A stretch of 62,346 bases of DNA, the filler included, from Rhabdomonas costata (lineage: Eukaryota): assembly GCA_019059605.1 (NCBI GenBank). It is 32 parts of 32 records of this genome, joined end to end, with 100 filler letters (N's around TTAATTAATTAA, not from the genome) between each part and the next. Parts side by side here need not be neighbours in the genome. Positions count along the whole stretch, not along the records: positions 11,709 to 13,560 come from JAHMHO010008197.1; positions 13,661 to 15,513 come from JAHMHO010008198.1; positions 15,614 to 17,465 come from JAHMHO010008199.1; positions 17,566 to 19,421 come from JAHMHO010008200.1; positions 19,522 to 21,374 come from JAHMHO010008201.1; positions 21,475 to 23,326 come from JAHMHO010008202.1; positions 23,427 to 25,278 come from JAHMHO010008203.1; 25 more parts are not named here. One strand, 5' to 3'. The stretch's first letter is position 1. Every line of letters begins with the position of its first letter. Below the pieces are notes generated by a model. The model did no database searches and had not been told where the DNA came from. It saw only the letters and a list, made by a program, of their open reading frames with translations. A program made the position numbers and the translations under genes. Shown piece after piece: positions 11,929-23,613 of the stretch.

Positions 11929-12966
11929 ATGTTGGGTCATCCCCTGCCCACCACCGTCCTCCTCCTTGTGGCCATGGTGGTCTTGTGGTTGCACATGCCT
12001 TTGGAGCACCCTCCCTCCATTCGTTCCACACACACACATCCTGTCACTACACCAGCCACTGCTGACTCCAGCCTCACGGCCCGTGGGACCCTTCAGAGCG
12101 TGGCATTACACGGAAGTACTGACCCGTTCTCCTGGGCAGTAGAGCGGGCTTCCGCAGTAGGGAAGCCCCCTGTTCCTGACTTTATACGACCTCAGTCACC
12201 CCAAGGCTCGAGTCCACAGCAGCCCCTTGTAGCTGGACTTCAAGGACCGCTCCGCCTGCCCAGGTCTTTGCCCACGCCCATGCCTTTTCAGGTGACACCA
12301 CGTGACACCTCTGACATGTGCGACGGTGGGTTGATTCGGGAGCTGTGCGAGCTCTCGTGCAACCCGGCGGCGATGGCCGCGCTGGTCCACCTCGTGGATG
12401 CCCAGGTGCCTTCTGGGGGTGCCCCGGGGTGCCAATGGAAGCTTTCATCGGGTTGGCCCAACCCCTACGCCCCTCGTGGAGGGGAAGGGGTGGGCGGCAA
12501 AGGCCTGGTGGCGCTGCAGAGCAACTCCTCCGGCCCAGTGGCGGTGTTCTTTCACATTGGGCTGGTGGGGCGGTACCGGGAGGTGGTGCCGCTGATGGTG
12601 GAGCAGCTGCAGGCGTCGGGGTTGCTGGAGGTGTCCCCTTCCCTTCCCTCCCCAGATGACTGTATGTGGTAATGGTGGTGGGGTTGCGAGCTTACAATCA
12701 CCAATGTTCAAGCTGAGAAAGTCCTGAGTGCAATAGGGGTGGGTTTTTTCTTTCCCTGTACCTGTCTCTCTTTCCTTGATTTATTTTGCTCAGATTGCTG
12801 ATTTATTTGTGGGGTACTTCGGCCGAGGGGAGTGTAGGGACCTGCTGCCCGCTCACCACACCGTGGTCGCCCGAACAGAATCCCCGGCCTGGGAACACGC
12901 AACACTGGCCGCCGCACAGCGGTACGCCCAGACTCATCCTGGGGCGAAAATCCTGTACCTTCACAG
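11929..12966 (+). CDS. Type II membrane protein with a putative glycosyltransferase-like domain (5' part)
   Basis: ATG at 11929, then an N-terminal hydrophobic anchor (TVLLLVAMVVLWLH) and a Pro/Ser-rich stem. Exon 1 ends at 12630 after VAVFFHIGLVGRYREVVPLMVEQLQASGLLE. Exon 12794-12966 encodes ...WEHATLAAAQRYAQTHPGAKILYLH. The join is in frame. Confidence 0.6.
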
Positions 12967-14434
12967 GTCTGTATCCGAGAGCGAGAGAGTGAGGAAGTGG
13001 GGCTGAGTGAGCGAGATAGTGCAGTTGGTGCTTGGTGGTTGGGGCGGATCTCATTGTTGGAAATGCCAACATGTGAGGCACTGAGGATGGTAGTGTGTTT
13101 ATTTATTTCATGTCATTCTCTCGGTCAATTGCGGGTTGAGCCGGGACAGAAAGTGCCAAGCCCCTCCTAACGATTGGCCTGTAGTCCCGTATTTTCAGCG
13201 CACAGGATTGGCGCTGTTGTACAGCTATGAACCAATAGCTGACCCGTGCTTCAGTTGTTATGTCAGGTATTTTCTCTCTCTAGTCTTCTCTCTCTGTATG
13301 GCTGGTATTTTCGCAAGGCTGTCCTTTCACCTTTGACGACGCTTTTGTATCGCTTGACATCGTTTCATAAACACCTTCACATTGTTGGAACAGAATACTT
13401 CCCGTTTTCCGCAGCAAAGGAGCAAGGCACATCATAGAGGCCAGAGCAAACGCCCCGGTGATTCCTTCGAGACGCAACATCACTGGGCTCCTACCAACTT
13501 TCCGACGGTATCTTAGCAGAGCAAGAGCGGCGGCGGTTGGGGCGGAGCCCCAGCCCTCTGNNNNNNNNNNNNNNNNNNNNNNNNNNNNNNNNNNNNNNNN
13601 NNNNTTAATTAATTAANNNNNNNNNNNNNNNNNNNNNNNNNNNNNNNNNNNNNNNNNNNNGGGGGGTTTGTGTGTGTGGATTACTCGCAACTGCCCAATG
13701 CTGGCTTTAAGGACGAGCCCTTTTTTCTTTTGCGTCGCTGTCTCTTCCTTTGTCCCCCTTACCCTCCCTCTTCCCCTTCACTTGCCCCTTTCCTGCCCAC
13801 TCTTCTTGCCCGTGTACACAGCCATTCTGGATTTTGCATTGATTCCCTTTTTAGTCTCGTTTGCTCCTCGCTGTAGATGCATTCAGTGCTTCCCATGTCA
13901 CTCACTTCAAGGAACACTGTTCGCTTGTATGCGTTTCTCTTGTATGCTCTGATATGCAACCAATTCAGTGATGAATTCCATGCACAGAGCTTCACCGGCT
14001 TGATCGTGCAGTGTAGATGGGCGGACCCTCAGCCCCAGCCCGTTGTGGGATACTTTCGTGACGCGAATGGCTCGCGGAGCTCTTGGGATGGTTGTCATGT
14101 TGTCTTTTGCAAAAGAGGTGGAGAAGCAAGGCTTTCTTCGTCAATGCGCTTGTTCGCCGGACAGCTGCAGAAATTCCCCGTCCCAGCCCCTGCACCCGGC
14201 TTGACGGGCTCACGCTGCTGAACCCCTATAGTGTGTGTATGTGTGTGGTGCAATAATAATTTTGAGTTGTGTTTTTTGGTGTCTCCAAGCGTCGTGCGAA
14301 AGTGCGTGCGAGGGTGCGTTCTGTACGCGTGCTGCACGAGGCTCATGAACTGCCTATGGGAGTTTATTTGACATCCTTTTGGTACCGCGACCCTGTCAGC
14401 CAGCTGTCAATTCCTTTTTCGGGTGGTGGGACAG

Positions 14435-14650
14435 GAGGGCGTCCGGGGACTCTTTGCGGGCAACTCCGCTGCGATGGTGCGCGTGGTGGCCTTCCAGGCC
14501 GGAATGGGTGGGTTCACATGGGCCGGGATGACCTACATCCCAGAGCGTTGGCAGAGGTCCCACAATGCCGAGGTGCGAGGCGCGACGACGTGCGTCGCGG
14601 CAATGCTGTCCACCATCCTGACCTATCCCCTGGACTCTGGTTTCTCTCTG

Positions 14651-14687
<37 letters not shown>

Positions 14688-15371
14688 TCTACTCGTGCTC
14701 AAAGCTCCACAGTTGTAAACAACCCGGCCGGCGATGATTTCAAAGACAGGCGAAAATATTGCCTTGCTGATGAAGGCCCAACTACTCCGCCGAGGGGAGA
14801 GGGAGAGGGGAGGGGTCGAAGCGCCTGTGACTACACACGTCAGTCAGCTCAGAGTTCATCCCTTTCATTCTTTTTGCCCTCAAGTGCACCCTTCGTCCGA
14901 AAGCCGGGTGGCTTGCGATTGTTTTTTTTGGTCATCTTGCCATCTGGTGATGAATCCAATGCGGCATTGATGTCTGGCAGGCTTTTGAGACAGAAATCAG
15001 CACTCCATCTTAATGTGTGGGTACCAGTGACAGTGGGCGATGGCGACAGGATCAATGAAGTATGAGCACCCTCCCTCTCCCCCAAAGCGACCGCTTAAAT
15101 TTATTTTCTATCCGGACCGACGGTGGAATTCGGTGGAATTAAGCAAGTATTTTCCAAACTGCAGCCGAGCTCTGCTCACGCCGGGGGGTGTTCTCCTCGC
15201 CTATTGCTCTCAGCTCGCGCTGCGATGGCGGTGCGCAAGCTGGGCGGGGCAGAGCTCTCTCTGCGCGCCACTCTGTGGGAACTGCACCGCACGCAGCAGC
15301 TGTACCGGGGGCTGTCTCTGAACATCCTGGAGACCGCGCCCTTCATTGTCCTCCAGAGCGTTGTGTTTGAG
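14435..15371 (+). CDS. Mitochondrial carrier (SLC25) protein, 2 exons
   Basis: Exon 14435-14639 (EGVRGLFAGNSAAMVR...TYPLDS) and exon 15214-15371 (ARAAMA...LYRGLSLNILETAPF). The Px[DE]xx[RK] signature PLDSAR forms across a phase-1 intron. Confidence 0.85.
14644..14683. repeat. (CT)n microsatellite
   Basis: Directly visible, inside the SLC25 intron. Confidence 0.95.
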
Positions 15372-16179
15372 GTGCCGTCGGACATTCCCATTTTTTCTTT
15401 TTCCATTTCGCTTCTTCTCTGTGCAAGTGGATGGCGGCTGGCACCATTTAATTGAACATTGGCCCCTCTATTGGTCTACACCCACTACCGCTCTCCGCCC
15501 CACTGGTCGGCAANNNNNNNNNNNNNNNNNNNNNNNNNNNNNNNNNNNNNNNNNNNNTTAATTAATTAANNNNNNNNNNNNNNNNNNNNNNNNNNNNNNN
15601 NNNNNNNNNNNNNGGGGTGGTGGGCGGCTCCCTTGCATCGCCAAGGTTGCCTGCTGACCTAAGACCTCCTCGTTTTAATTGACGGTGATCTTTTTCAGTT
15701 GAGGATAGACTTTACCCGGGTCATCGTGGGGATGCTTTCCCGATTCTTGGTTGGCGTTCCTCTTGAGGATGTCCTTTGGATGATGGTCTAGTTTGTAAAA
15801 ATGAATCCTTCTCGCTCAAATGGTACAAGAAATAATCGAAATAATGGTCCCAAGTGAACCGAAAATGGGGCGGAGAACAGGGCAGACGCGGAAACCAAAC
15901 GATTGCAGCAGTGTGGTGTGGTGGGAAAGCGCTGCCGATAGGTCGAAAAGAGCAGAGTATCAAATTTTTTTGCCAGGTCGAACAGGAGCTGTGGAGGCGA
16001 ATGGCGAATTGGTTGAGTGGTTGGCTGTTTGGGTGTGATGTATGTGGCCCTGGTCGCAAAGAACGGAGCTTGTAGATCATCGCAGAGGGCTCCGCCCGTG
16101 GCTCGTGGATACTTATCCTTTTCGGTTTTTCAAAGGTCTCTGCGCTCGTTTCGGTTGCTCCCGCATCTTCATATCAAGA

Positions 16180-17465
16180 ATGAGCTTTTCTCCCTTGGGC
16201 GTCGACTTGCGCAGCAACCGCTATGGTGCCTGTGCCGTTCTTCATGATGGGAAGATTTTCATCTTTGGAGGAAGCGACGGCACCACGTACCTCTCCAGTT
16301 GCGAAGTCTTCGATCCTGGCAGGAATAATTTCACGACGCTTCCCACGGCGATGGGCAGCAAGCGGTGGGGTGCCTGTGCGGTTGCCCTGGGTGGACTTGT
16401 CTACCTGTTTGGAGGGCATGACGGCAACTCGGAGCTCTCCAGTTGCGAGGTTTTGGACCCTTCCAGCATGACTTTCGCAACGCTCCCGTCGGCAATGCGC
16501 AGCAAGCGATTGGGGGCCTGTGCCGTTACCCAGAGAGGGCGGATTTTTATCTTTGGAGGGCATGATGGCAGCTCGGAGCTCTCCAGTTGCGAAGTATTTG
16601 ATCCCACCAGCAACACTTTCACGACGCTTTCCAGAACGATGAGCAGCAAGCGCATTGGTGCCTGTGCTGTTGCCCAAGGAGGCCAGATTTTTGTGTTTGG
16701 AGGACGTCAGGGCAGCACGTACCTCTCCAATTACGAAATTTTCGATCCCAGCAGCAGCACTTTTGCAGTGCTTCCCATCGAGATGTGCAGTAAGCGCGAG
16801 GGTGCCTTTGCTGTCGCCCACGAAAGTCTATTGTTCGTGTTTGGAGGACGCCAGGGAAGCACGTACCTCTCCAGTTGCGAACTTTTTGACCCCGACCATG
16901 ACAACACGTTTACAACCCTTCTCGAGCCGATGCGTATCAAGCGCGATGGTTTGTGTGGTGCTGCCCAGGGAGGCCGGATATTCATCTTTGGGGGATCCGA
17001 CGGCGGCAGGATCCTCTCCAGCTGCGAGGTCTATAACCCACCACGCTCCACTTCCAGGCTTGTCATGCGGGTCAGTCAACTCCAGGCTGAGCTTTCCGCC
17101 ATGGTTTCTGAGCTGGATCGCCTTCGGGCTGTGGACACCGAGCTGACGGACTCGCGAGCTCGGTGTGAGAGGCTTGAGCAGGAGAAGCAGCAGAGCGACA
17201 GCTTGCTTGCCGCGTCTAGAGAAGAGATTCGCCAGCTTCAGGAGCAGGCCTCTGCCATGCTGCCCCTTTTCGACCCCCAAGCCCCGTACGCCTGGAATCA
17301 GGCCCGCTTTCCCTCGTCCCGAGTGGATGGTGGAGGTACCCGGCCGAGCTTTTTGGTGAATTCTCCGGACTGCCCTGCGGACGTGAGGAGTCTGGTGGAG
17401 GAGCTCATGGCCACCCGGGGGCGCTATCGCAGTGGCTTGGTGGCCATGAGCTCCTCCACCAACAC
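16180..17465 (+). CDS. Intronless six-bladed Kelch-repeat protein followed by a coiled coil (3' truncated)
   Basis: ATG at 16180. Six 48-aa repeats (R.GACAV...G.IFIFGG.DG...LSSCEVFDP) have a 144-nt period, followed by heptads (VSQLQAELSAMVSELDRLR...). The frame is open to the contig end. Confidence 0.93.
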
Positions 17466-17683
17466 NNNNNNNNNNNNNNNNNNNNNNNNNNNNNNNNNNN
17501 NNNNNNNNNTTAATTAATTAANNNNNNNNNNNNNNNNNNNNNNNNNNNNNNNNNNNNNNNNNNNNGTGTGTGTGTCGCCTCCCTCCTCCTCCTCCTTTCC
17601 GCCCTTCTCCTCGTCCGTCCGTCCCTCCTTTTTCGCTTTCGGCTGTGGGATCGGACCTTGCGCTCCTTATTTTTTCTGAGAGC

Positions 17684-17688
17684 ATGTA

Positions 17689-17743
<55 letters not shown>

Positions 17744-17746
17744 GTG
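17684..17746. repeat. (TATGTG)n hexanucleotide microsatellite
   Basis: About 10 tandem units are visible. Confidence 0.95.
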
Positions 17747-17778
17747 TGAGTGTGTGTTGACCAGTCCGGGGTGCCCAC

Positions 17779-18940
17779 CCCGACGAGGATCTTCCGGCCC
17801 CCTTTCTTGCTGCAGAACCCTGACCGGGGCGCAAATTTGACCGCCTCGGCCGGCCAGAACTCCTCGGGCTTGACAACCACTGCATAAATTGGGGGGGGGG
17901 GGACTGACTGAGTGGAAGGAAGGAAGGAAGTTAAATGCGGCTAGGTGCGCGTGGTTTAGCTATGGAAGAAAGATGGAAACCCGTAAACGAGGGCAGAATA
18001 ATTAAGCTTTTGACAAAAGGTTGACAAATGGGCACGCCTTTTGTTACGAGGCCCCCTGCTCTCGACATAGGGTGTTGGGCTTGTCTGAGGGTCGCTCACG
18101 ACCCTCGCGTGACGACCGGTGCCTTGGAGGCCGATATGCAGAATAAGAATAGAGCTTTCCTGCAGATCGTTGCTATCGGTAAGCCTGAACCTTCCCTTTC
18201 ACTGGGACTCCCGACTGTCATGACGTTGCTTCCGGCTTGACAGGCTCCAAGGAACTCTCCAGGCTACTCTGGATTCATTTTGCACCAACCAAAGCACCAT
18301 GGGTACAACTAATTCAGCCGAAAGATGAGAGAGAAAAGCACCACTTGCCTGGAGGTGTTCCCTGCCAGATGCCGTGGCTGTAGGTCGTCGGCTTGCCGTA
18401 GGGTTTCTCAGCTGCGCTTGCGACGAACCCTACAGAACAAAACGCACTCCTATCCCAGCCAAAAAAATCAGGCACATGCCGGAATACCAGGACAGGAATA
18501 GCAGCAAAAACAACTGCAGAAAAGAGAAACATAGGCATCACACAAGAGATAACAAACCGCAGGAGATGAAAAAAAACGTGCAAAACACCGCACCGTTAAA
18601 AAAACAGAAAAGGAAAGACATGAACGCACCCACCTATGCGAGTGACCAGTAAAGATAATCACGAAAACTGATAACCCAGGGCCTTTTCAGGCGTCGCTTA
18701 GAAGAACGGGTGTGTCTCGATAATCGAGAGCCGAAGTTCAACGTATTTTGTTGATAGGATTTGCGTGATCAACAGAGTGCAATGGGGAAGGGAAATGCTC
18801 CATCATCAACAAACAAGAGTGCTCACAACAGCACAAGAATTCTTTCGCACCAAACAAGGCAAACACGCAGCTCGCAAACACACATGCATACTTCTCTGGG
18901 CCACCAGACCGAGCCGGAGCAGGGTGGTGAGCGATGACAT
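17779..18940 (-). CDS. N-terminus of an unknown protein with a putative mitochondrial presequence, 3 exons
   Basis: Exons 18940-18892, 18429-18349 and 17879-17779 splice in frame to MSSLTTLLRLGLVAQRRFVASAAEKPYGKPTTYSHGIWQGTPPVVVKPEEFWPAEAVKFAPRSGFCSKKGGRKILVG. The second donor is CAG|GCAAGT. Confidence 0.6.
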
Positions 18941-21900
18941 TGTTGTGCAGTGCAGTTGTTGGCGATAAACCCAAAAGGTAGGATTATGCTCTGGCAGATT
19001 GACGGTAAGAGAGAAAAAAACTGCCAAACTTGATATAAAAAAGCTTTTTGTACAGTGGGCCGCGTGGCCGGTCCTTGCAACCTCGGTCTCCACCTTAAGT
19101 TTCGCTGACCGCCAGAACAACACTTACACAGGCCTACTGGGCCTGTCGGAACAGCACCGGCAAGTCCGGCAGAAAAGTCAAATGACAGTGGCAATCAATC
19201 CTCCTCCTTGACGGCTCTTTCTTTTTCGTCTTCTGCCGCTTCTTTCCCCAGCGCAGCGAAGGGTTTTTAACGACGGCACCCACAACGAATGAAGAACCAC
19301 CTGCTGTATCCCGCGGTTTCGGCCCTCGCCCACTGGAATAGTTACCATGGAAGGATGTGGTTGATTGGTGTTGGCTCACCCCGCTTTGCCTTGCTACCCA
19401 ACACCCCAAACACACCCCACCNNNNNNNNNNNNNNNNNNNNNNNNNNNNNNNNNNNNNNNNNNNNTTAATTAATTAANNNNNNNNNNNNNNNNNNNNNNN
19501 NNNNNNNNNNNNNNNNNNNNNGTTGTAAGTGTAGCCCGCCAGATTACGTAAGATTATTGCATTTTCGTTTTTCTTCTCTCTTTAGCTGACCAATCGATGG
19601 TGAACGAGACCGTCACACCAATGAACGGCAGCTCTGCGGAGCATCCCGCGCTGCAAAAGAGGTTCTCGAAATGGACTCGAATGGGCGGAGGAGGGAAGCA
19701 GAGCATAGTATGGACCCACGGCATAGTTGTGCTGTTAGTCCACTTGGAAGTGAGACATCAGCAGCCAATACTTTTGTGTGGGCACCAGATATTGTCATGC
19801 TCCTCCAAATCCTTCTTGTGAAAGTCCTTGTCCATCCCTTCTTTCATGGCGTCTGTGCACAGCTCCACCATCGTTTCTGAGGTGGCCTGTACGCTGCTGC
19901 AGTACCTTGCTTACGGAGAGCCTGTGCACCCTGAAGACGGCTCCCCCATCGTATGTGCTTTGTCTCTTTTTTTCGGAAACAGTAGGTTCTTCTCTGATGG
20001 GGCGCGTTCTCGTTTATTTATTTTACTTGCCGTACAGAGGGTCTCCGACTCGGATTGCCTTTCCCTTCCCGTGACGGACGGATGTTATGCGACGTGTCAC
20101 CGTTGGTCTGTGTATTGTTCTGGCGAAGAACGGGGGGGGGTCTCTCGAAAGGCCATGCAGTTGGCGGCCGACGACGAGAGCCCAGGCAAAGTGCGAGCGG
20201 TCCACCAGCACGTCGCCACAGAGGGTTTTGCAAAGTTGCTCTCGTGCAACAAGTGGAGCCTGGAACCGGAGCGGGTCTGCCATTGAGCTTTGATTTTTCG
20301 TCAGCCTGCCGTGTGTGCGTGTTTGTGTTGACAGACGAGCCACGTTCCCGCCTCGTGGTAGATTAACCTTGTCTGTTTACGTGTCGATTGCCTCTATTCA
20401 CTTAACAGCCAGGCTGGCTGGTGACAAACATCGGCACATCCTAAACCGCCAATGACCGCCGACTCGGTGGCCGGTTTGATTGTCGGGTGGGGTACTCCAT
20501 TGCTCTCTCTCTCTCTGTCTCTCTCGTTTTGGAAAAAATTTCTGAGGGAGGACTGTGTCTTGGGGTCCAAGAGGTCTTGGCCAGTGAGTTCACAAAAGAA
20601 ACGGAATTAAATGCCATTTACGACTGTTTCAGTTTTATCGCTCCTATTCGTTCTCTCTCCCCATATTTCTGAACTTCCTCTTGCTGTTTTTCTTCATTAA
20701 TTACGTACGCTTTACGCCCGCTACTTTCACTCGTTTCTAACCGCCTCCCCGACGTTCGCACACCCTCAAGACATGCCCCGCGTTAGTTCGTTTGTGCTCT
20801 TTATGTGAGTGGCTTTCTCTATGAACTAACAAGCGTACAACCATGTGCAGGAAACAGAGAGCAGCCCCACAGATAAGGGGGAGAGGGAATCCACCGAGTG
20901 GGGGCCAAAATATCAACTCACTTTCAAGGAAGTGCAGTGATGCCATGCAGGACAACAGGTGGGGCTGAAACACAGGCTGTTTCTTGACGGGTTCGGGGTT
21001 GGGTCTTTGGGGTTTCATCAATGCGTGGGTTCGGTGGTTGGGTTCATCGGGTGTGTGTTGGAATTGGCCTTTGTCTCTCTCACGTGTGTGGCTTGTTTTG
21101 CTTTGTTGTTGTTTTGCTTTTTGCGGTGGTTTTGGTCCTTAAGGGCCATTCCACCCACCAACATTGGACCCACAATCCTGGGAGAGTACTCGCCGCCTAA
21201 CTTGTGCTCACCCTAATGATCATAAACAGATAGAATGTTGGCATATACACTTGATGTGTCCACACAGACCATTTCTTTCCTACCTTTTTATTCTTTTCAG
21301 TCCGCTGACACCGCAGGAGATGTCTGCCACGGCCTGCGGTTGTACAAGACCGTGCGGTATCCCCGTGTGGTCAANNNNNNNNNNNNNNNNNNNNNNNNNN
21401 NNNNNNNNNNNNNNNNNNTTAATTAATTAANNNNNNNNNNNNNNNNNNNNNNNNNNNNNNNNNNNNNNNNNNNNTTGTGTGTTGGTGGATTTAAGAAATA
21501 TTTTCAAGTGTTTGTTTCTGATGAAACATGGACAAGAGCGTTGACGGCTGATCGGTGGTGGTGTCCCTTTTCAGTTGCCAGAGGTATTTTACAGAGGGAA
21601 GAATAGGCAGAAGTGAAACCAAATGAAACGCTCGCATTGCTTTTCCGATTGCGTGCTTCAATCGTTTTTTCAGCCAAAGAAGTTTGTTGCACCTCGCCCT
21701 CCCGTGGGCACGCCTATCGGGTATCTGTTTGTGGTGGTTTTCTTGTTTCTGCAATGTCTGGCTTGCTTGATATGGCTGCGCTGCTTCATTTTTGTCAGAA
21801 TTCCGACACCACCTCTGGCTGCGGCCCCCTCCGGCGGCCAAGACGTGCAGCCAAATCTCTCCGTTATCAATATCCCCAACTTCAAACTTGGGAATTTTAT

Positions 21901-23613
21901 TGGGCAGGGTTCCTGCACCGTTGGTGTGGCGGCTTGGATTGTTTGCACGTCTTTGGCCGGCTAGACCCTAATTTAAACTTCATTCAAACTTCTGTCAAAT
22001 TCCTACGAAATTATGCTGCTCACACGGGTAACCATGCAGGTAACCATGCCACCACGGTGACCCAACACACAATTACCCAAGAGCCCAAATTCACTTGCAC
22101 TTGTTCAAGTGCGCTTTTTCTCTGGCACTAGTGTTTGTGACTACGACAAGCTTGAGAGGTCATATCCAATTGGACACAGTCTTTAGTCCCCCTTAAACGC
22201 AAACAAACGCTATAGGTGTCCAGGGTAAAAATATAATAATGGATCGGTAGTAATAATGGAACAAGATCCTCGTTCAATATTTTCTCCTTTGACAAGAGGA
22301 AATCTCGGTTCCAGTGTAGACTTCAACACCGAGATTTTCTTTGAAGAAGAACAGTTTTGTGACAAAGTGCAGTATAACTCAAAAACGACAATAAATCGAA
22401 GAATTTGATTAAGATTAAAAATGGATTAAGGCGGATTTCGTAGAGAAAAGCAATTGATCATCCAATTTGGATCGAAAAGGGCTTCCTGCGGGGAAAAAAG
22501 AAATTATTCATTTTAGAAAATGTGTTGGTGACTTTGTGTATTGAGCCACTGCCTGCCATCCTGAAATGTCGGTCCATCAAAAAATTAGGATCGACTTCGA
22601 AGCCGCATCGTTATTTGTACTGATCCTTCACCAACACTTTGGTTTTGCAGTTCACAAGTGCATGGAATTGGGCACTAAAGTCGTGCTTGCGGTGAAGACG
22701 GGCATGAAGAACCCAGACGACGTTCGCATGATGAACCCTGAATTATTATTTCCTTTTGTTATGTTCAGAACAGAAATCTTTGTGAATTTAAATTCTTTTT
22801 CGTTCAGACCAAGAAAGACCTTGACAAGGAAAGCAACTCCGCACTACTGTTCATTGAGCACGACAACGTGGTCAAAACTCATCACGTGTGCTTCGTTTCA
22901 CATTCCGCTTCGATGGCTTCGTGAAGCGGGGTTGGTTCGGGAAAGGCGTGAAAACCGTGGAAAATTGAGGAAATAATTAAGAAAAAGGGTTCTAGGAATT
23001 TGGGTTTTGGGCGCTTGGGGTGCGATTGTGAACTTTAGCGGAACCGTTTGCGACGTCAGTGAGCTGTTGACACACAGTCATGCTACTGAATTTCCTCTCT
23101 TTTCCTGCCCAGCAACGCGCAATAGTTCCTTAAAGCACCTGTAAACACAATAATTCCAGCTCGCTCCGGGGCAGCAGGAAATCATTCTGGCTTCATTCTT
23201 GGGTGTGCAAAACGGGAAGCTCAGGCACAACTTGCAGACAAAGGCACCAAAGGGTCCCTTCCGAGGACAAAAACGCAGAGAAAGGACAAACATGCTCGGT
23301 TTGCGTTTGTGTTTCACGTTCGTAAANNNNNNNNNNNNNNNNNNNNNNNNNNNNNNNNNNNNNNNNNNNNTTAATTAATTAANNNNNNNNNNNNNNNNNN
23401 NNNNNNNNNNNNNNNNNNNNNNNNNNTTGTTGGGGTGGATTCCTGGTTCAAACACTAGCGATACCCCGATATTGGTTCATTGCGGAAGAGGTATCCCCAA
23501 ATCCTACAACCCATTCGTTAGCGTGCAAACCGAAGTAGACGAAGAAGCAGAAGTTCTGTGTCCCGGTGTGGGTGTGAGGCAGCAAGAATAGGAATAGGGT
23601 CACAGGGACGGAC

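Noticed and set aside
16205..17040. 144-nt periodic repeats as a CRISPR array or satellite
   Set aside because: They are in-frame Kelch coding repeats.
19790..19950. In-frame TGA inside a possible exon, suggesting stop-codon reassignment
   Set aside because: Strand and frame are ambiguous here, and alternative open frames exist on both strands. Confident genes end in normal TGA or TAG and have no internal stops.
19160..20310. Similarity between 19160-19195 (minus) and 20277-20310 (PLSFDFS in both translations)
   Set aside because: The match is too short and mismatched to tell from chance, and it spans two unrelated contigs.
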